Counted from the first letter of the stretch, positions 36,949 to 48,566 are shown. The stretch: DNA of 64,000 nt from Escherichia coli (GCF_030013595.1 NZ_CP122768.1), one strand, 5' to 3'. The notes: generated by a model not told the origin, from the letters alone. Program-made: numbers and translations.

Positions 36949-37164
36949 TTAAGACGTGTGGCACTTATTGGCACACCAATAGCAACCATTCACCCGGGAA
37001 TATCCTTTGGCCTTTGCCTCTGTTACCGCCGAAGAACAATCACTATAGTAACCAAGGTAATCGCGGTTAGCTACAGCAGGAAGATATGAACATTCCTCAG
37101 CATGCACCTCATGATCGCCATTGCTCTGAGCATTTTTGTTCACGTAATAGTGTTTAAAAACCAT
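36949..37164 (-). CDS. Hypothetical small Cys-rich protein (lambdoid late region)
   Basis: 71-aa ORF ending at a hairpin terminator. Confidence 0.4.
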   Translation of the reverse strand: MVFKHYYVNKNAQSNGDHEVHAEECSYLPAVANRDYLGYYSDCSSAVTEAKAKGYSRVNGCYWCANKCHTS

Positions 37165-37584
37165 TGTATAACTCCATGTTGACGCTGATATTCAGCATTA
37201 ACATGCTATATCACCAATTACACAAACATAAGCTTGTTATTTCAATTAGTTGATAACGATCACCACTGAACTTTGGCCTTGCGAAATTCAAATGTTTTTC
37301 TGACTATTATTGGGCCGATAAACAGATATTATTTGAGCGTTTTGGTTCATTACATAAGCAATATCTCCATCTTTCAGAATGACTTTCCCATCCTTTCCCG
37401 ATACGGCAATACTCCGCTGCTCAGGATGATAGCCAATGCTACGCCCGCAATGGATCTCTTCCCCACCATTTTGAGACATGACTTTTACAGTTAACATTTT
37501 TCTGCTCCTATTTAGATGCCCTTTCCATCCGGGCCACTGTTCAAAGTAAATTTAGATTCAACAATATTCTGCTCTTACAGGCGA

Positions 37585-37782
37585 TCAGTTCTGCATACAC
37601 TGCCGAACACCGTCGACAATTTCACAGACCTGAGAAGCTGTATCGAAAAGCTGGCGCGCCTTATCCAGGCTGACGCATCCCACCAGGAAAAAAGGCACCA
37701 GTATCGCTACCAGTGCCCATTTCGCCGCCGTTCGCGGCATTCTGTGTGTCCAGTGTTTTCGCTTCATCTCACTATCCACCAA
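37585..37782 (-). CDS. Putative small lipoprotein
   Basis: Signal peptide with lipobox FLVGC. Confidence 0.35.
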   Translation of the reverse strand: MVDSEMKRKHWTHRMPRTAAKWALVAILVPFFLVGCVSLDKARQLFDTASQVCEIVDGVRQCMQN

Positions 37783-38266
37783 TCAATCCGGATAAGCTCA
37801 ATACTCGCCAGGCGGTGGAAATGAAAATGGCAACCAACATTGCTGAAAATGAAAGGCCAACAACCACACAGAGAATTCGCGCCAGTTTTATAATGCTATC
37901 TGACATATTTACCCCTGCCCCACTTACGATTTCACAGCAATGAGCAATTTTGCCATCCCATACAGCATCGGAGACACAGCGATACCGACCGCCACCCACT
38001 TAATGGCAAAAGCCACCGCTCTGCTGATGTCATCAGTTACAGGCGCTTTCAATTCAAGGCCGTTTTTCATAGTCAACCTCAACAGAATTAGTTTATACTT
38101 CCTCATGTTCTCCTTTGCCTTACCCAAGGCCAGAAACAGAAAACCCCGGACTGTTACCGCAGCCGGGGTTTTTGCTATCTGATGCTATGCCCCTTACTTT
38201 CGCTCATCGTAGCCCCAGAAAAGAGCCTGCATGAGTTGAGGGTGTTCAGCACTTCAGTGTCAGTTT

Positions 38267-38833
38267 TTAAACCACCACGCGCTCTTTCATCCAGCCATAG
38301 ACAAACGACTCATTGGCCTCGCGTTTCTCTGCCAGCTCCAGATAACGCTCGCCCTGCGTACAGTTCAGGGCTTTCACCAGTACCAGTTCACCATCCCTGC
38401 TGCGATTTTTCAGATATGCCCGTAATGCATTAAGAGTACGCGGCCCGATGCGTCCATCAGCATCCATATCCGGATAGAGTTTCCCGCGCAGGTTGAAAAC
38501 GTTCAGCCAGCGCTGAAGCATTCTGGACGCCACAGTTGGCCCCATGTTCACGCCCGTATCGCACAACTCTGCGGCAATATCCGGAGACAGGTCCTCAACC
38601 TGGTCGAATCGTGGTCCGTACCAGTAGTCCGCCTCGAGTATTTCCAGCGCCTGCCCACGCGTCAGGTCACGCATATCGCCCTGATAACCGTGTGCACGGG
38701 CAACTTTTTCAGTGATGCCCCATTTAGTCGGACCACCTTTATCATCCGGGTGATTGACGTAACCGCCCTCTTTTCCCAGAATTTCGTCAAAAATTTCATC
38801 TTTCGACTTCATATCAGCGCCTTCGTAATACAA
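38267..38833 (-). CDS. Endolysin, GH108-type lysozyme with peptidoglycan-binding domain
   Basis: N-terminal EGGYVNHPDDKGGPTKWGIT block typical of GH108 phage lysozymes; follows holin-like genes. Confidence 0.7.
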   Translation of the reverse strand: MYYEGADMKSKDEIFDEILGKEGGYVNHPDDKGGPTKWGITEKVARAHGYQGDMRDLTRGQALEILEADYWYGPRFDQVEDLSPDIAAELCDTGVNMGPTVASRMLQRWLNVFNLRGKLYPDMDADGRIGPRTLNALRAYLKNRSRDGELVLVKALNCTQGERYLELAEKREANESFVYGWMKERVVV

Positions 38834-39104
38834 GGATTTTTGATACGTTCCCGCGTGCTCGTATCACCAGCACGCAGAACACCAGGTTAATCAGGACGAC
38901 CAGCCAGTTACCGGGAGGAAAGCGACCACACAGATAACAAAGCGGCGCAAAGGCATAAAGCAGCATCAGCAGCCAGGCCAGCCACGACATCAGCGGTTTA
39001 TGTCTCGACTCACCACGACGATAAAAAAAGAGCGTCAGCACGATAACCGTGCTTAACACCACATTCAGTAATCCGGGAAGGTTACTTAACATTACCGCCT
39101 CCAC
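38814..39104 (-). CDS. Putative holin/antiholin-like membrane protein
   Basis: Three hydrophobic segments; between holin and lysozyme. Confidence 0.4.
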   Translation of the reverse strand: MEAVMLSNLPGLLNVVLSTVIVLTLFFYRRGESRHKPLMSWLAWLLMLLYAFAPLCYLCGRFPPGNWLVVLINLVFCVLVIRARGNVSKILVLRRR

Positions 39105-39471
39105 CCCGCAGACGGGAGAACAGCCCGGATACCAGCGATGCGATATCCTGCTGGTGGATGAATGAGAGAATCTTCACCGACACCACCGATACCAGTACCG
39201 CACAAAGCGCGTCGAGAGATGTGCTGTGGAGATTCAATTTTTCGACCAGCCAGGACGCAAGGACATCCGCCCCCAGCACGCCAACAATGAACGACACCAG
39301 AAAATGCGCCGCCACACGCCAGACAGAAATCACCTGTGGCATCGTGGCCACAAACAACGCCCCGGCAAACGCGCCAAACACAATCCCGAAATCCGTCCCG
39401 GTAAACAGCCCGAATACCGTCGCCCCGCCGAGCGCCACAGCAGTGCTGGAACCGGATAAGGGTTCAGACAT
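39082..39471 (-). CDS. Putative holin
   Basis: Gly/Ala-rich transmembrane helices; first gene of the lysis cassette. Confidence 0.5.
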   Translation of the reverse strand: MSEPLSGSSTAVALGGATVFGLFTGTDFGIVFGAFAGALFVATMPQVISVWRVAAHFLVSFIVGVLGADVLASWLVEKLNLHSTSLDALCAVLVSVVSVKILSFIHQQDIASLVSGLFSRLRGGGGNVK

Positions 39472-41095
39472 ATTTATTCTCCTGTAAATAAAAAGGACCA
39501 TCAGCGGCCCCGTAACTGACATTTTATTAACGTTTGAAGATATGGATATTTATCAGGGTTTACCGTTTTCTGAACCCTGGATATGTTAAGCATTCAGCCC
39601 GCCAGTGGTGGGACGCTGGCTCATCATAGAGAAAGAGGGATGGCTGATTACCTCTGATCAGGGAAATCACATGCAGTTTTTACATAAAAGAATGCATTTA
39701 AATGCAGGAGATACGGTAGTGGTTGACTGCTCTCATCAGTGCAATATTTTGCTGATGACAGATACAAACTTTAATAACTACCGCAACGCAAGAAGCTTTC
39801 ATCATCACGGTGGTGGCGGTTTTTTTCAGAGATTACCGGCCCACCTTCATGTACCGCATTCAGGTTACTGGAATATTACAATTGATTTAGGAGGCGGAAG
39901 TGCAGCTATTCGGCACTCCATTTCCGTCATCCCAGCATAGCAACTCGCCTTTAGCCTGAGTAAATGCGTCCTCAAGGACGGCAACGAGTCGCAGTTGCGT
40001 GCCGTCCTTTACACAGCGTGTGCAGGCAATACCTTCAGAACTTTCATTATGCCGAGCTCATACAATTTCACCATTTTGTTCAACTACAACGCTCATAATT
40101 TTCTTACACTTTTTTAATAAACCACACCAATAACAACCATCACCGATACCTTTTGTATGCTGTTATTTTGCATTACGGTGTAACGGCAAGAGCCCCCTCC
40201 CCGCCCTGAAAGGCTCTGTGTTTTTGATGTGCGCCTGATGTGGCTCAGATACAAAAAAGCTCGCAGTAGCGAGCTAACAGAAAATATGAAGCATGTTTTT
40301 ATCCACGAAGTATGACGTTGAATTCATCCATACCGACACGGCTGGCTATCTCGTTGTATTCCTCAACAAGAGCCAGCAATTCTGAATTAGCAGCCATGAA
40401 CTCTTCAAAAACCTTATGGATGGCATCACTGTTTAATAAAACAATGTTCTTTCCTGAAAGGCGATCAGGGGTAGAAAATATAACTGTCAAACGACTAAAG
40501 GCCCTGGCTCGTTCAGCATTAACATCCTCAATACGCTGCAACAAGCTGGAGCACCTGGAAATATCATCAATATTCACTCTACTCCTGCCATCTGGATGAT
40601 AATCATTTCACGGAGAGAAGCACTCAGAAGTACCACTGAAGTATAGCTGGTGACCAGCTACTTACACATCTATTGCCATCCTGCTGATGATAAGTCGACA
40701 TTAGCCCTTCTGTCTATAAACGAAACAAAGGATAAGTTCAGGTTTTAAACACACTGCCAGGATAAAGTATTGTATACAGTATAGAAGAGCGTTATTGAAT
40801 GACATAAAAAACCAGACCTAATCCCTTATCCGGAAGATATATCAAATAAACGGGGAAAATGTATTAAGATGGCGTTCCTATTCTCTCCATCCCTGATGTC
40901 CACGTAACTCGTTATAGAATCAGAACGCCATCTGAATACACACAAAAAAGCTGACTTCACACCCTCCAGATGTGTGAACGCAGTGCCCGACCACGTGCTT
41001 TCGCAACCAGCACAAATCATTTTAAAGCATCGAAAAACGATCAGAATATATCAGAACTTCCTAGCATCCTGCTTGGCTTAGATATTAATCGAGGA

Positions 41096-42181
41096 TTAGC
41101 TCCTGTTCTTATCTAATTGTGCATTTCGCAATTTATCGTTCAGCACCAATATTTCACCAACTGTTTGTTCAAAACGCCCGGACTCAAGTTCAACCCCAAT
41201 CGTGCGACGCCCCAATCCCATTGCTGCTTTTATTGTTGCCCCCGATCCCATAAAAAAATCCGCAACCACATCCCCCGGACGACTGCTGGCAGAAATTATC
41301 TGACGCAACATATCCGCCGGTTTTTCGCAGGGATGCTTACCCGGATAATACTGCACGGGCTTATGCGTCCAGACGTCCGTATAAGGAACGGCGGCCGATA
41401 CAGAAAAATAACGCCGCAGAGATTTGTATTCCTCAAGCAGACTGGCATATTGCCGGTTCAGTTCACTGTATGTGCTGACCAGTTGCTGGTGTGGCGTTGC
41501 CAGCTCCCCACGCTGGTGCTTTTCTTCTGCAACACACGCGAACAGCGCCTGCAGTTTTCTGTAATCAGCTTCGTTCGGTAACTGCCACTGACAGGTACCA
41601 AACCAGTGCGACACCATGTTTTTCTTTCCGGTGGCTTCCGCTATCTGTTTGGACGTTATCCCCAGTGATTCACGCGCATCACGGAAGTAAGAAATCAGCG
41701 GGGCCATGACGTGTTGTTTAAGCTCGCGCTCCTTTGCCGCATAGCCATCATTTTTTGGCTGGTATGGCCCCTGATAATGTTCGGCAAACAGAATGCGCTC
41801 TGTTGCCGGGAAATACGCCCGCAGGCTTTCTTTGTTGCACCCGTTCCAGCGTCCGGATGGCTTCGCCCAGATAATGTGGTTCAGCACATTAAAGCGCTCA
41901 CGCATCATGATTTCGGTGTCAGATGCCAGGCGATGACCACAGAACAGGTAGAGACTTCCGGCAGGTTTCAGTACCCGCCAGAACTGAGCCAGACACTGAT
42001 CCAGCCATTTCAGGTAATCATCGTCGCCCTTCCACTGGTTATCCCAGCCCTCGGGCTTCACTTTAAAGTATGGCGGGTCTGTGACTATCAGATCGACAGA
42101 GTTTTCCGGTAAGGTCTGGATAAATTCCAGGCAATCAGCGTTGATTAACTCACAACTGGATATTTTTACAGTATCAACCAT
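41096..42181 (-). CDS. DNA N6-adenine methyltransferase (orphan)
   Basis: DPPY catalytic motif (VTDPPYF); SAM-binding region FFMGSGAT near the C-terminus; no adjacent endonuclease gene. Confidence 0.8.
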   Translation of the reverse strand: MVDTVKISSCELINADCLEFIQTLPENSVDLIVTDPPYFKVKPEGWDNQWKGDDDYLKWLDQCLAQFWRVLKPAGSLYLFCGHRLASDTEIMMRERFNVLNHIIWAKPSGRWNGCNKESLRAYFPATERILFAEHYQGPYQPKNDGYAAKERELKQHVMAPLISYFRDARESLGITSKQIAEATGKKNMVSHWFGTCQWQLPNEADYRKLQALFACVAEEKHQRGELATPHQQLVSTYSELNRQYASLLEEYKSLRRYFSVSAAVPYTDVWTHKPVQYYPGKHPCEKPADMLRQIISASSRPGDVVADFFMGSGATIKAAMGLGRRTIGVELESGRFEQTVGEILVLNDKLRNAQLDKNRS

Positions 42182-42702
42182 AGATCAATAAGCACTTCTC
42201 TGATAGGCTCATACCGCTTTTGCGCAAAGCAGATGGGCCTGAGGTTTGCTTGTGACCCTAACGCATGAGCAGATGGCTGGCAGGTGCCGCTAACACCCAC
42301 CAGCCGCCCATTACCACAAATGAAAAAACCTTCACTGCGGAAGGCGTCTGTAACAACCGAACTGATAATCTGCCAGACCCGCCATAACAAGCTGGGTCAG
42401 TATTAACTGACAGCGTTCGCGTGAAAGGTAAGTATTCTGCGCAATTTCCCCAACTGTTGCCGGTTCAGTGACGCTTAATTCATTAAACACCACTCTGGCT
42501 GTTTCGGTCATATCCTGCTGTTTTAGCATGTCTTTTTCTCTTTATTGGTTAACGTGACATACCAATAACTCTTGTCGAAAAAGCCAGCAAGCTGAAAGAC
42601 CGGTATTAATAACCACCTGCACATTTTATGTACCGAACCATTTTTCTGGCATAAAAAACCTCTCAATGGCGGGCGGTAAAAATCTTTGTTACTCAAGAAA
42701 TT

Positions 42703-43416
42703 TTAACGCACTCTGACTGTATTAATTTCAAAATCATTAATATTTCCGCTATTAAATATAACGAATTTCTTACCCCCACTCCTGTATGATTTCGATAACA
42801 CCAGACGATCATCATAACGCGCAATAATGTAATACCATACATTCTCATAGTGGATCGCCTGATATTCCCTCTTAAACTGTGGTTTGTACCAACCGGCAAT
42901 AAGAGAGAATGCCCAGAAATAAATCATAAACCCAGCCATCATGAACTCAATTCGGTGATGACGAATAAAAGACATTTCCGAAAAACATTTGACTGAAACA
43001 AGTCTTCTTCCAAACCTGACAAAAAGCGTGATTGTAAAGGCAGCAAGAATGCAGAAAATCAGTACATCTGGCTCAACATGCTGATGGATTACCGAAAACT
43101 CCAGAACAGGTGGAATAAAAAGCAGCAATATCGCGAGAAAAAGCCGGATAAAACTCAAATTTTGTATATTGCGCTTTTGTTTTATGCCCAAAAAGAAAAC
43201 AATACCAACTCCCCATCCAATAAGGAATATAACGATAACTGTCACAGCATAAAACAAACTTCGTGCTACATCATCGACACCAGCCCCGACAACCCACCAT
43301 GGAAAGCCATAGTAAAATGAAGTACCCCATCCATAGAAATAAGCGCTTCCCCATCCTAGACAGCCCATATAAGCAACAAAAAGTGAAGAGTTTCTGAGCA
43401 GAGCACTGTCATCCAT
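42703..43416 (-). CDS. Multi-pass membrane protein of unknown function (cargo downstream of Q)
   Basis: 237 aa, several hydrophobic helices rich in Trp/Tyr/Phe; AT-rich gene. Confidence 0.5.
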   Translation of the reverse strand: MDDSALLRNSSLFVAYMGCLGWGSAYFYGWGTSFYYGFPWWVVGAGVDDVARSLFYAVTVIVIFLIGWGVGIVFFLGIKQKRNIQNLSFIRLFLAILLLFIPPVLEFSVIHQHVEPDVLIFCILAAFTITLFVRFGRRLVSVKCFSEMSFIRHHRIEFMMAGFMIYFWAFSLIAGWYKPQFKREYQAIHYENVWYYIIARYDDRLVLSKSYRSGGKKFVIFNSGNINDFEINTVRVR

Positions 43417-43670
43417 AGTAACACCATTAACAACTCAAAAATATCAACACATATTACATAACAAATTGGATTCCATGCAGTCAAGGGGCGTCATTGATGG
43501 AGAAAGTATTGGCACAATCATCATCACGTTTAATGTCTATGCCATTTTTTTGGGGATAAAAAAACCCGCTCGGTCACGGGTTTTACTAGCTTTGCCATCA
43601 CGTATAAAAACGGCAAAATATCAGATTCACACGAAATATATGCCTTTTTATCTACTTTTGCAATACTTTG

Positions 43671-44342
43671 CTATGAAAATGCCGCCTTTTGTTTTGAACG
43701 TGTTCCCTCCACCAACAATAAAGCTTCACCATCCAGCCGATGAAAAATGTGTTTCATTGCAACCCAGTGACCAGTAAATGTCTTGGACCAGTTTTTGGTT
43801 GTTACTCCCACCAGTAACGCCAGTTCCTGGTATTCGTAACCTTCCCCACCAAAAAGCTCAGCTTTTACCGCCTGCGCCGCCAACCAGATCAACGTCTTCA
43901 GGCGCACCAGAGTTTTTCCTGCAATTTTTCTGGTACCGGATTGAGCATTAAATTCAGTCCACGCCCACTGCGTTATCGCGATCTGATGCTCCCAGCAAAT
44001 GCTACCGCTGTAACACCACAGCAGCCAGGCTTTATGATGTTCTTCAAGAGACAGAACGGCGCGTCGCCATGATGATGTCGAAAACTCAACCGGACTGACC
44101 AGGGCAATTGATGAACCTTTCACCAGCGATTGCTTTCCCGGGATCGGTGGATTATCCAGCGTTACTATTTTTCCAGTGACCTTATCGCGGTACCGGATTT
44201 TTTTACGTCTGTAACGCCCTGTATTGAACATGGCATTCTCCTGCCAGGCTTCAAGCTGACCTTTTGTTGCTCCACTCAAATCAGCGGTGGCGATCATGAG
44301 CTGCTCACGCACAAACTGTAAATACTGGTTATTCATGCGCAC
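43671..44342 (-). CDS. Putative late antiterminator Q-like protein
   Basis: Position between rusA and the lysis region; 223 aa; family assignment from memory only. Confidence 0.5.
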   Translation of the reverse strand: MRMNNQYLQFVREQLMIATADLSGATKGQLEAWQENAMFNTGRYRRKKIRYRDKVTGKIVTLDNPPIPGKQSLVKGSSIALVSPVEFSTSSWRRAVLSLEEHHKAWLLWCYSGSICWEHQIAITQWAWTEFNAQSGTRKIAGKTLVRLKTLIWLAAQAVKAELFGGEGYEYQELALLVGVTTKNWSKTFTGHWVAMKHIFHRLDGEALLLVEGTRSKQKAAFS

Positions 44343-44692
44343 TCCAGTTCTGTGATTTTTATCCCCAGCCGACCACCGGGAACAACCTGACCGCGCATAA
44401 TATTAACTTCATCAAACTGCTCATCGTCGATAAGCAGTCCCGCATGTGTCAGCGCATCCAGTGGTGCCTTCAGGATATTGTCCAGGTCGCGGCGGCGCTT
44501 ATCCGGTGGCTCTGCAATAATTTTTATTGCCAGCCTTCCGGACAGGTTTAATTTCAGTCGCTGCTGGCGAACAATAAGCGCCACATCACGGCGATAACGC
44601 TCACCGGCTTTTGATACAAAATATGTGCTGCCACGACGTCGCCAGTAGGTGTTCACCGTTGGCGGGTAAGGCAAAACAAATTCTATCCCCAT
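44333..44692 (-). CDS. rusA: Holliday junction resolvase RusA
   Basis: RRRDLDN...D motif and 119-aa size match RusA. Confidence 0.85.
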   Translation of the reverse strand: MGIEFVLPYPPTVNTYWRRRGSTYFVSKAGERYRRDVALIVRQQRLKLNLSGRLAIKIIAEPPDKRRRDLDNILKAPLDALTHAGLLIDDEQFDEVNIMRGQVVPGGRLGIKITELECA

Positions 44693-44704
44693 CAGTAACC
44701 TCTT

Positions 44705-45754
44705 TTATCCGAGTACGCCTGTTGCAAAGGCGTGATCAAGAAAACGAAAAATTAAATCAACCTGAGAACCATGTTTTTCTTCGAATGCCTGCGGATCCGC
44801 ATGAAGCTCGTTGTGATGCTCCCGACACAGCGGCAACGTAAAAATATCGTGGGCCTTTGTTCCCATCCCTCCCTGACCGTGACCAATCAGGTGATGGGGA
44901 TCGTCGGCTGGCTTACCACAACACGCACACGGCTGTGTCTTCACCCAGCGTGTGTATTTCTCATTTACCCAACGGCGACGTTTAGGTCGCTTCATGAAAG
45001 ATTCCGGAGACTCAGGATCAACGGCAATGCTGACCACCGTCTTTTCCTGTGGTGTGTTCTGTTGCTGGTGGACGTGAGGCAACGGCGCAAGATTTTTTGT
45101 GCGCTGCTTCAGTATGCTGGTGGCGGTCTGCTCTCCCGGTACGATGTCGCTTTCGCGGTAAACCGTGCGGATTTTTTCCGCACGTAATCCCAGAGAACGA
45201 CGTAATACTGCCTCCGGTAGCGCGTCCGCCACCTGATTGCAGACCGCCCACCAGGATAATTCAGCCAGCGATAATTCCCGTTCCTGTGCACCACTTATTG
45301 CGTGACGTATGACGTCAATCATCCAGGCTGTCAGATTTTGTTGAGCAAGCTGCCCGAGTGATTCGGATGTCTGGTCGCGCAGCTGGTTGTCGCAGTGCCA
45401 GCACAACAACATTGCGCCGGTACCGTAACGATGTATGACGGTTTCACTGTGGTGATAGTCTCCATGAGGCCACTGGCAGGATTTAACATGACGCAGGAGC
45501 CAGTCAGACAGTGCGCCAGCGCCGCCAGCAGCACGAATCACACGCTCATCGCTGAAAAACGGCAGCAATGTTTTATCTTCCGCCAGCGGCTGGCGAACGG
45601 CAGGAACGACTCCGGACGGCATACCGCGCATGTTTTTCGGTTCCGGCTCCACCAGCACCCTGCCGTTATGGAATACCTGCATGGATTCACGCCCCGGCTT
45701 AAGGACCACCAGCCCGAGTTCCGGTACCGGAACAGGTCGAAGTAATACCCGCAC
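44705..45754 (-). CDS. Phage nin-region protein with Cys/His-rich C-terminus (YdfU/DUF968-like)
   Basis: 349 aa; CACCGK...HHLIGHGQGG...CREHHNELH zinc-binding-like motif. Confidence 0.5.
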   Translation of the reverse strand: MRVLLRPVPVPELGLVVLKPGRESMQVFHNGRVLVEPEPKNMRGMPSGVVPAVRQPLAEDKTLLPFFSDERVIRAAGGAGALSDWLLRHVKSCQWPHGDYHHSETVIHRYGTGAMLLCWHCDNQLRDQTSESLGQLAQQNLTAWMIDVIRHAISGAQERELSLAELSWWAVCNQVADALPEAVLRRSLGLRAEKIRTVYRESDIVPGEQTATSILKQRTKNLAPLPHVHQQQNTPQEKTVVSIAVDPESPESFMKRPKRRRWVNEKYTRWVKTQPCACCGKPADDPHHLIGHGQGGMGTKAHDIFTLPLCREHHNELHADPQAFEEKHGSQVDLIFRFLDHAFATGVLG

Positions 45755-45755
45755 G

Positions 45756-46082
45756 TTACCTCCAGATGCGTTGCTGGAATGTGCGGGACGGACGCGGCGG
45801 GCGTTCGGAATAAGGGAGCCTGACGTAGATTATCCAGTGATGGTAGTCGAGGCTAAGGGCTTTCTTAAACTCATACCCACGTCTGCGGTAGTTATGAATC
45901 AGCCATTCGGCCTGTTCTTCAGTGCAGGGATCGTGCTGATACCAGTCATATTTGAATGTGTGAGAACACCGCCCTTGCCTGCTGGCAGGGGCGGTATCAG
46001 AATTGTGATGTTTGGTATTGTGCGCCATCGGTTTTCTCTGCTGGCGCAGCAGGTGCCAGTTGTTCAAGCTGGCGTGCGGCAA
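45756..46082 (-). CDS. Hypothetical phage protein
   Basis: 108-aa ORF directly upstream of the DUF968-like gene. Confidence 0.45.
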   Translation of the reverse strand: MPHASLNNWHLLRQQRKPMAHNTKHHNSDTAPASRQGRCSHTFKYDWYQHDPCTEEQAEWLIHNYRRRGYEFKKALSLDYHHWIIYVRLPYSERPPRPSRTFQQRIWR

Positions 46083-46163
46083 TATTGTCTCTGATTTCTG
46101 TTGTCGTCAACAGGCAACGTGCTATCATCGAATGGTGTTCTATCCTACTCCGTGAGGTTTACC

Positions 46164-46421
46164 ATGCGTACAACCCAACAATTCAGCATTACATTAACTA
46201 ACGAAATGGCTGACATGGTGCGCGCCCGTGTGGCTTCCGGTGCCTATGCTTCAGAAAGCGAGGTCATTCGTGAAGGGCTTCGCGCACTGAATGAGCGCGA
46301 TAAAGCAATCGAAGCGTGGTTAACGCATTCAGCCGCCCCCTCTCTTGATTCTATCCGCGAAACCCCAAACAACGGACGCTCCATTTCACAGGTTCGCGCC
46401 GCGATTCGATCCGGGAAGTAA
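46164..46421 (+). CDS. parD: ParD-family antitoxin (ribbon-helix-helix)
   Basis: GTGAGGT ribosome-binding site; ITLTNEMADMVRARVASGAYASESEVIREGLRAL is a typical ParD/CopG fold; paired with downstream toxin. Confidence 0.75.
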   Translation: MRTTQQFSITLTNEMADMVRARVASGAYASESEVIREGLRALNERDKAIEAWLTHSAAPSLDSIRETPNNGRSISQVRAAIRSGK

Positions 46422-46426
46422 TCTGC

Positions 46427-46726
46427 ATGACATATGAAGTCATCATTACTCCTGAGGCCGAACAACAAATAATCAACCTGCACAGGTATATAACGGAGAA
46501 AGCAGGGAACGTCATTGCTGACAATTATGCCAATGCGCTTCTTGATTATCTTGATGGGTTTTCTACATTCCCGCATCGGGGCAATAAACGCGATGATATT
46601 CGCCAGGGGATGCGGGTAACTCATTTCCGCCACAGAACGATTATTGCTTTTGCCGTTGATAGCAGAAAAGTCTTTATTGTCGGTATCTATCATGGTGGGC
46701 AAAGTTATGAAACCGATTTCTTATAA
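46427..46726 (+). CDS. parE: ParE/RelE-family toxin
   Basis: 99 aa, 5 bp downstream of the antitoxin; RelE/ParE-like motifs. Confidence 0.75.
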   Translation: MTYEVIITPEAEQQIINLHRYITEKAGNVIADNYANALLDYLDGFSTFPHRGNKRDDIRQGMRVTHFRHRTIIAFAVDSRKVFIVGIYHGGQSYETDFL

Positions 46727-46930
46727 ACTTTTACCCACATCATTCCGGTGTTAGAATTAACCGTCCGCCCCCTCTCTTACTGGCGGATTCGTAGGCTATA
46801 TAAATCAAAGATCCCGGCTCATGTTTGTGTCGGGATCTTTTTTCGGCGATTTATCCCCAGCGGCAAATCGAATACACCACCAGCGCCACCGCCATCGCAA
46901 TTCCTACCGTTGTGAATGCTTCAGGCCAGG

Positions 46931-47275
46931 TCATCGTAAAATATCCTCCACGCTTATCAGTCCGTTCCGCTCCAGATAACTCATCGCCTTATCCGGTAAT
47001 TTGCAGTCTGGCTTCGCTTTCCTCAGTTGCCAGGTTAACTGCTTTACCAGCATGGTTAACTCATCGACCAGACGCTGATATCCCACTGGTTTGTATTCAT
47101 GCAATTTACCGGCTGGCTCTGCTGCCAGCGATACCAGTGCGATTTCCAGAACAGCAATATCCATCTTATATGTGCGGATGATGTCATGGTCGATTGTGCC
47201 CGGTATGCACAGTCTCTGTGCTTCAATAGTCTCCTCTGCGTGAGCTATTAACTGCTCTCTGGTAAAAGTCGTCAT
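46931..47275 (-). CDS. Hypothetical phage protein
   Basis: 114-aa ORF overlapping the HNH gene stop. Confidence 0.4.
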   Translation of the reverse strand: MTTFTREQLIAHAEETIEAQRLCIPGTIDHDIIRTYKMDIAVLEIALVSLAAEPAGKLHEYKPVGYQRLVDELTMLVKQLTWQLRKAKPDCKLPDKAMSYLERNGLISVEDILR

Positions 47276-47637
47276 GCCGTAGCCCCTTCTTGATATTTTT
47301 CAAACCAGAACACAACTGGGTCAGATTTCATTTCAACCAATCCCATACGAACCAGCGCTTTGCCTTTCCCGGACGCAAGGAATTCACGACGACCATCACT
47401 GATAATTCGCCGATAATCTTCCAGACTACTGCAATGCTTGTGCAGATTGCATGGGTGGCATGCCGGAACCATGTTGGATATATCGTCACGTTCCTGGTGA
47501 AGCATATTTCCATCAAAACGAATGACCGGTTTTACATGGTCTGCATGCCACTTTTCGCCAAGTTCGCAGCCGCAATAAGCACAGCGACCGCCGAACTTCA
47601 TGCGCAGCTCTGCACGTTGTTTTTTCGTCAGTGCCAT
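47272..47637 (-). CDS. HNH endonuclease
   Basis: CAYCGC...HADHVKP...CHPCN motif. Confidence 0.75.
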   Translation of the reverse strand: MALTKKQRAELRMKFGGRCAYCGCELGEKWHADHVKPVIRFDGNMLHQERDDISNMVPACHPCNLHKHCSSLEDYRRIISDGRREFLASGKGKALVRMGLVEMKSDPVVFWFEKYQEGATA

Positions 47638-48566
47638 ATCAGCTTTCCTTATACGGATTAATTTTATTGTGCAGTGTGTTGAACGACGCCCACACCACGT
47701 CGTTATACAATTCAATAACTGGCTCAATTATTTTCACGATAAACCAGACCAGTAATAGCGGGGATATCGGTATCATCAACACGATAAATATAATGAGAAA
47801 CAAAAATTCTGTCGCTCTACTTTTTCTCGGATATTCTTTTCTGAATAATGTAGTCATTTCTTACCGCCCTTTCGGGCGGCCTCCTGACATTAATCATTGT
47901 GATAACTCATAGTTTCATTTGCAGCATCAACTGGATCAACATCCCACCAGCAATAATTTTGGTCGAGTCCTTCAGGTGTCCACGGCTCTAATTCATTTTT
48001 TACCGCATTCTCGTCACCAGTAATTTTAAAAATCTGCTCAGAAAATTTCCTCACCCACTCGTTATATTTTTCCGCATTAATGGTTTTCTGTGTATTTAAC
48101 ATAGATATGCCTCCAGTTAAGGATTTGATTTTATTTACAGTGCTAAATTTAATTATTCAGTTCTGGATTTTGTCGCCCTGCGTATCCGCGCTTTCGCGTT
48201 ACGCTCAATCTGAATTAACTTTTCTATATTTTTCCGTCTTTCCTGTTCCTCCTGGCGCAATAGCCTTACATCATCTGCCAGTCTGGTTTCTCTTTTCGCC
48301 ACAGAGAGCATCCAGTCAAACGGCTCCACAACTGCACCGCAGATTTTACAGCGGACCTGACGCTCTTTTTCGTCAACCCGAACAGAGGCGTGATGACAAT
48401 ATGCTCTTTCCGATGGCTCATAAAGAAAATTAACCTGATTACGTGGGTCATCCTCTTTTACCGGAAATAAAACGATATTGCTTAACTCATCTTCTGGTTT
48501 TATTTCCATGCTCTTCTCCTTTGATGTGAATGCCAGCGGTAATTGAAGCCTGATAGCTAATTTCAT

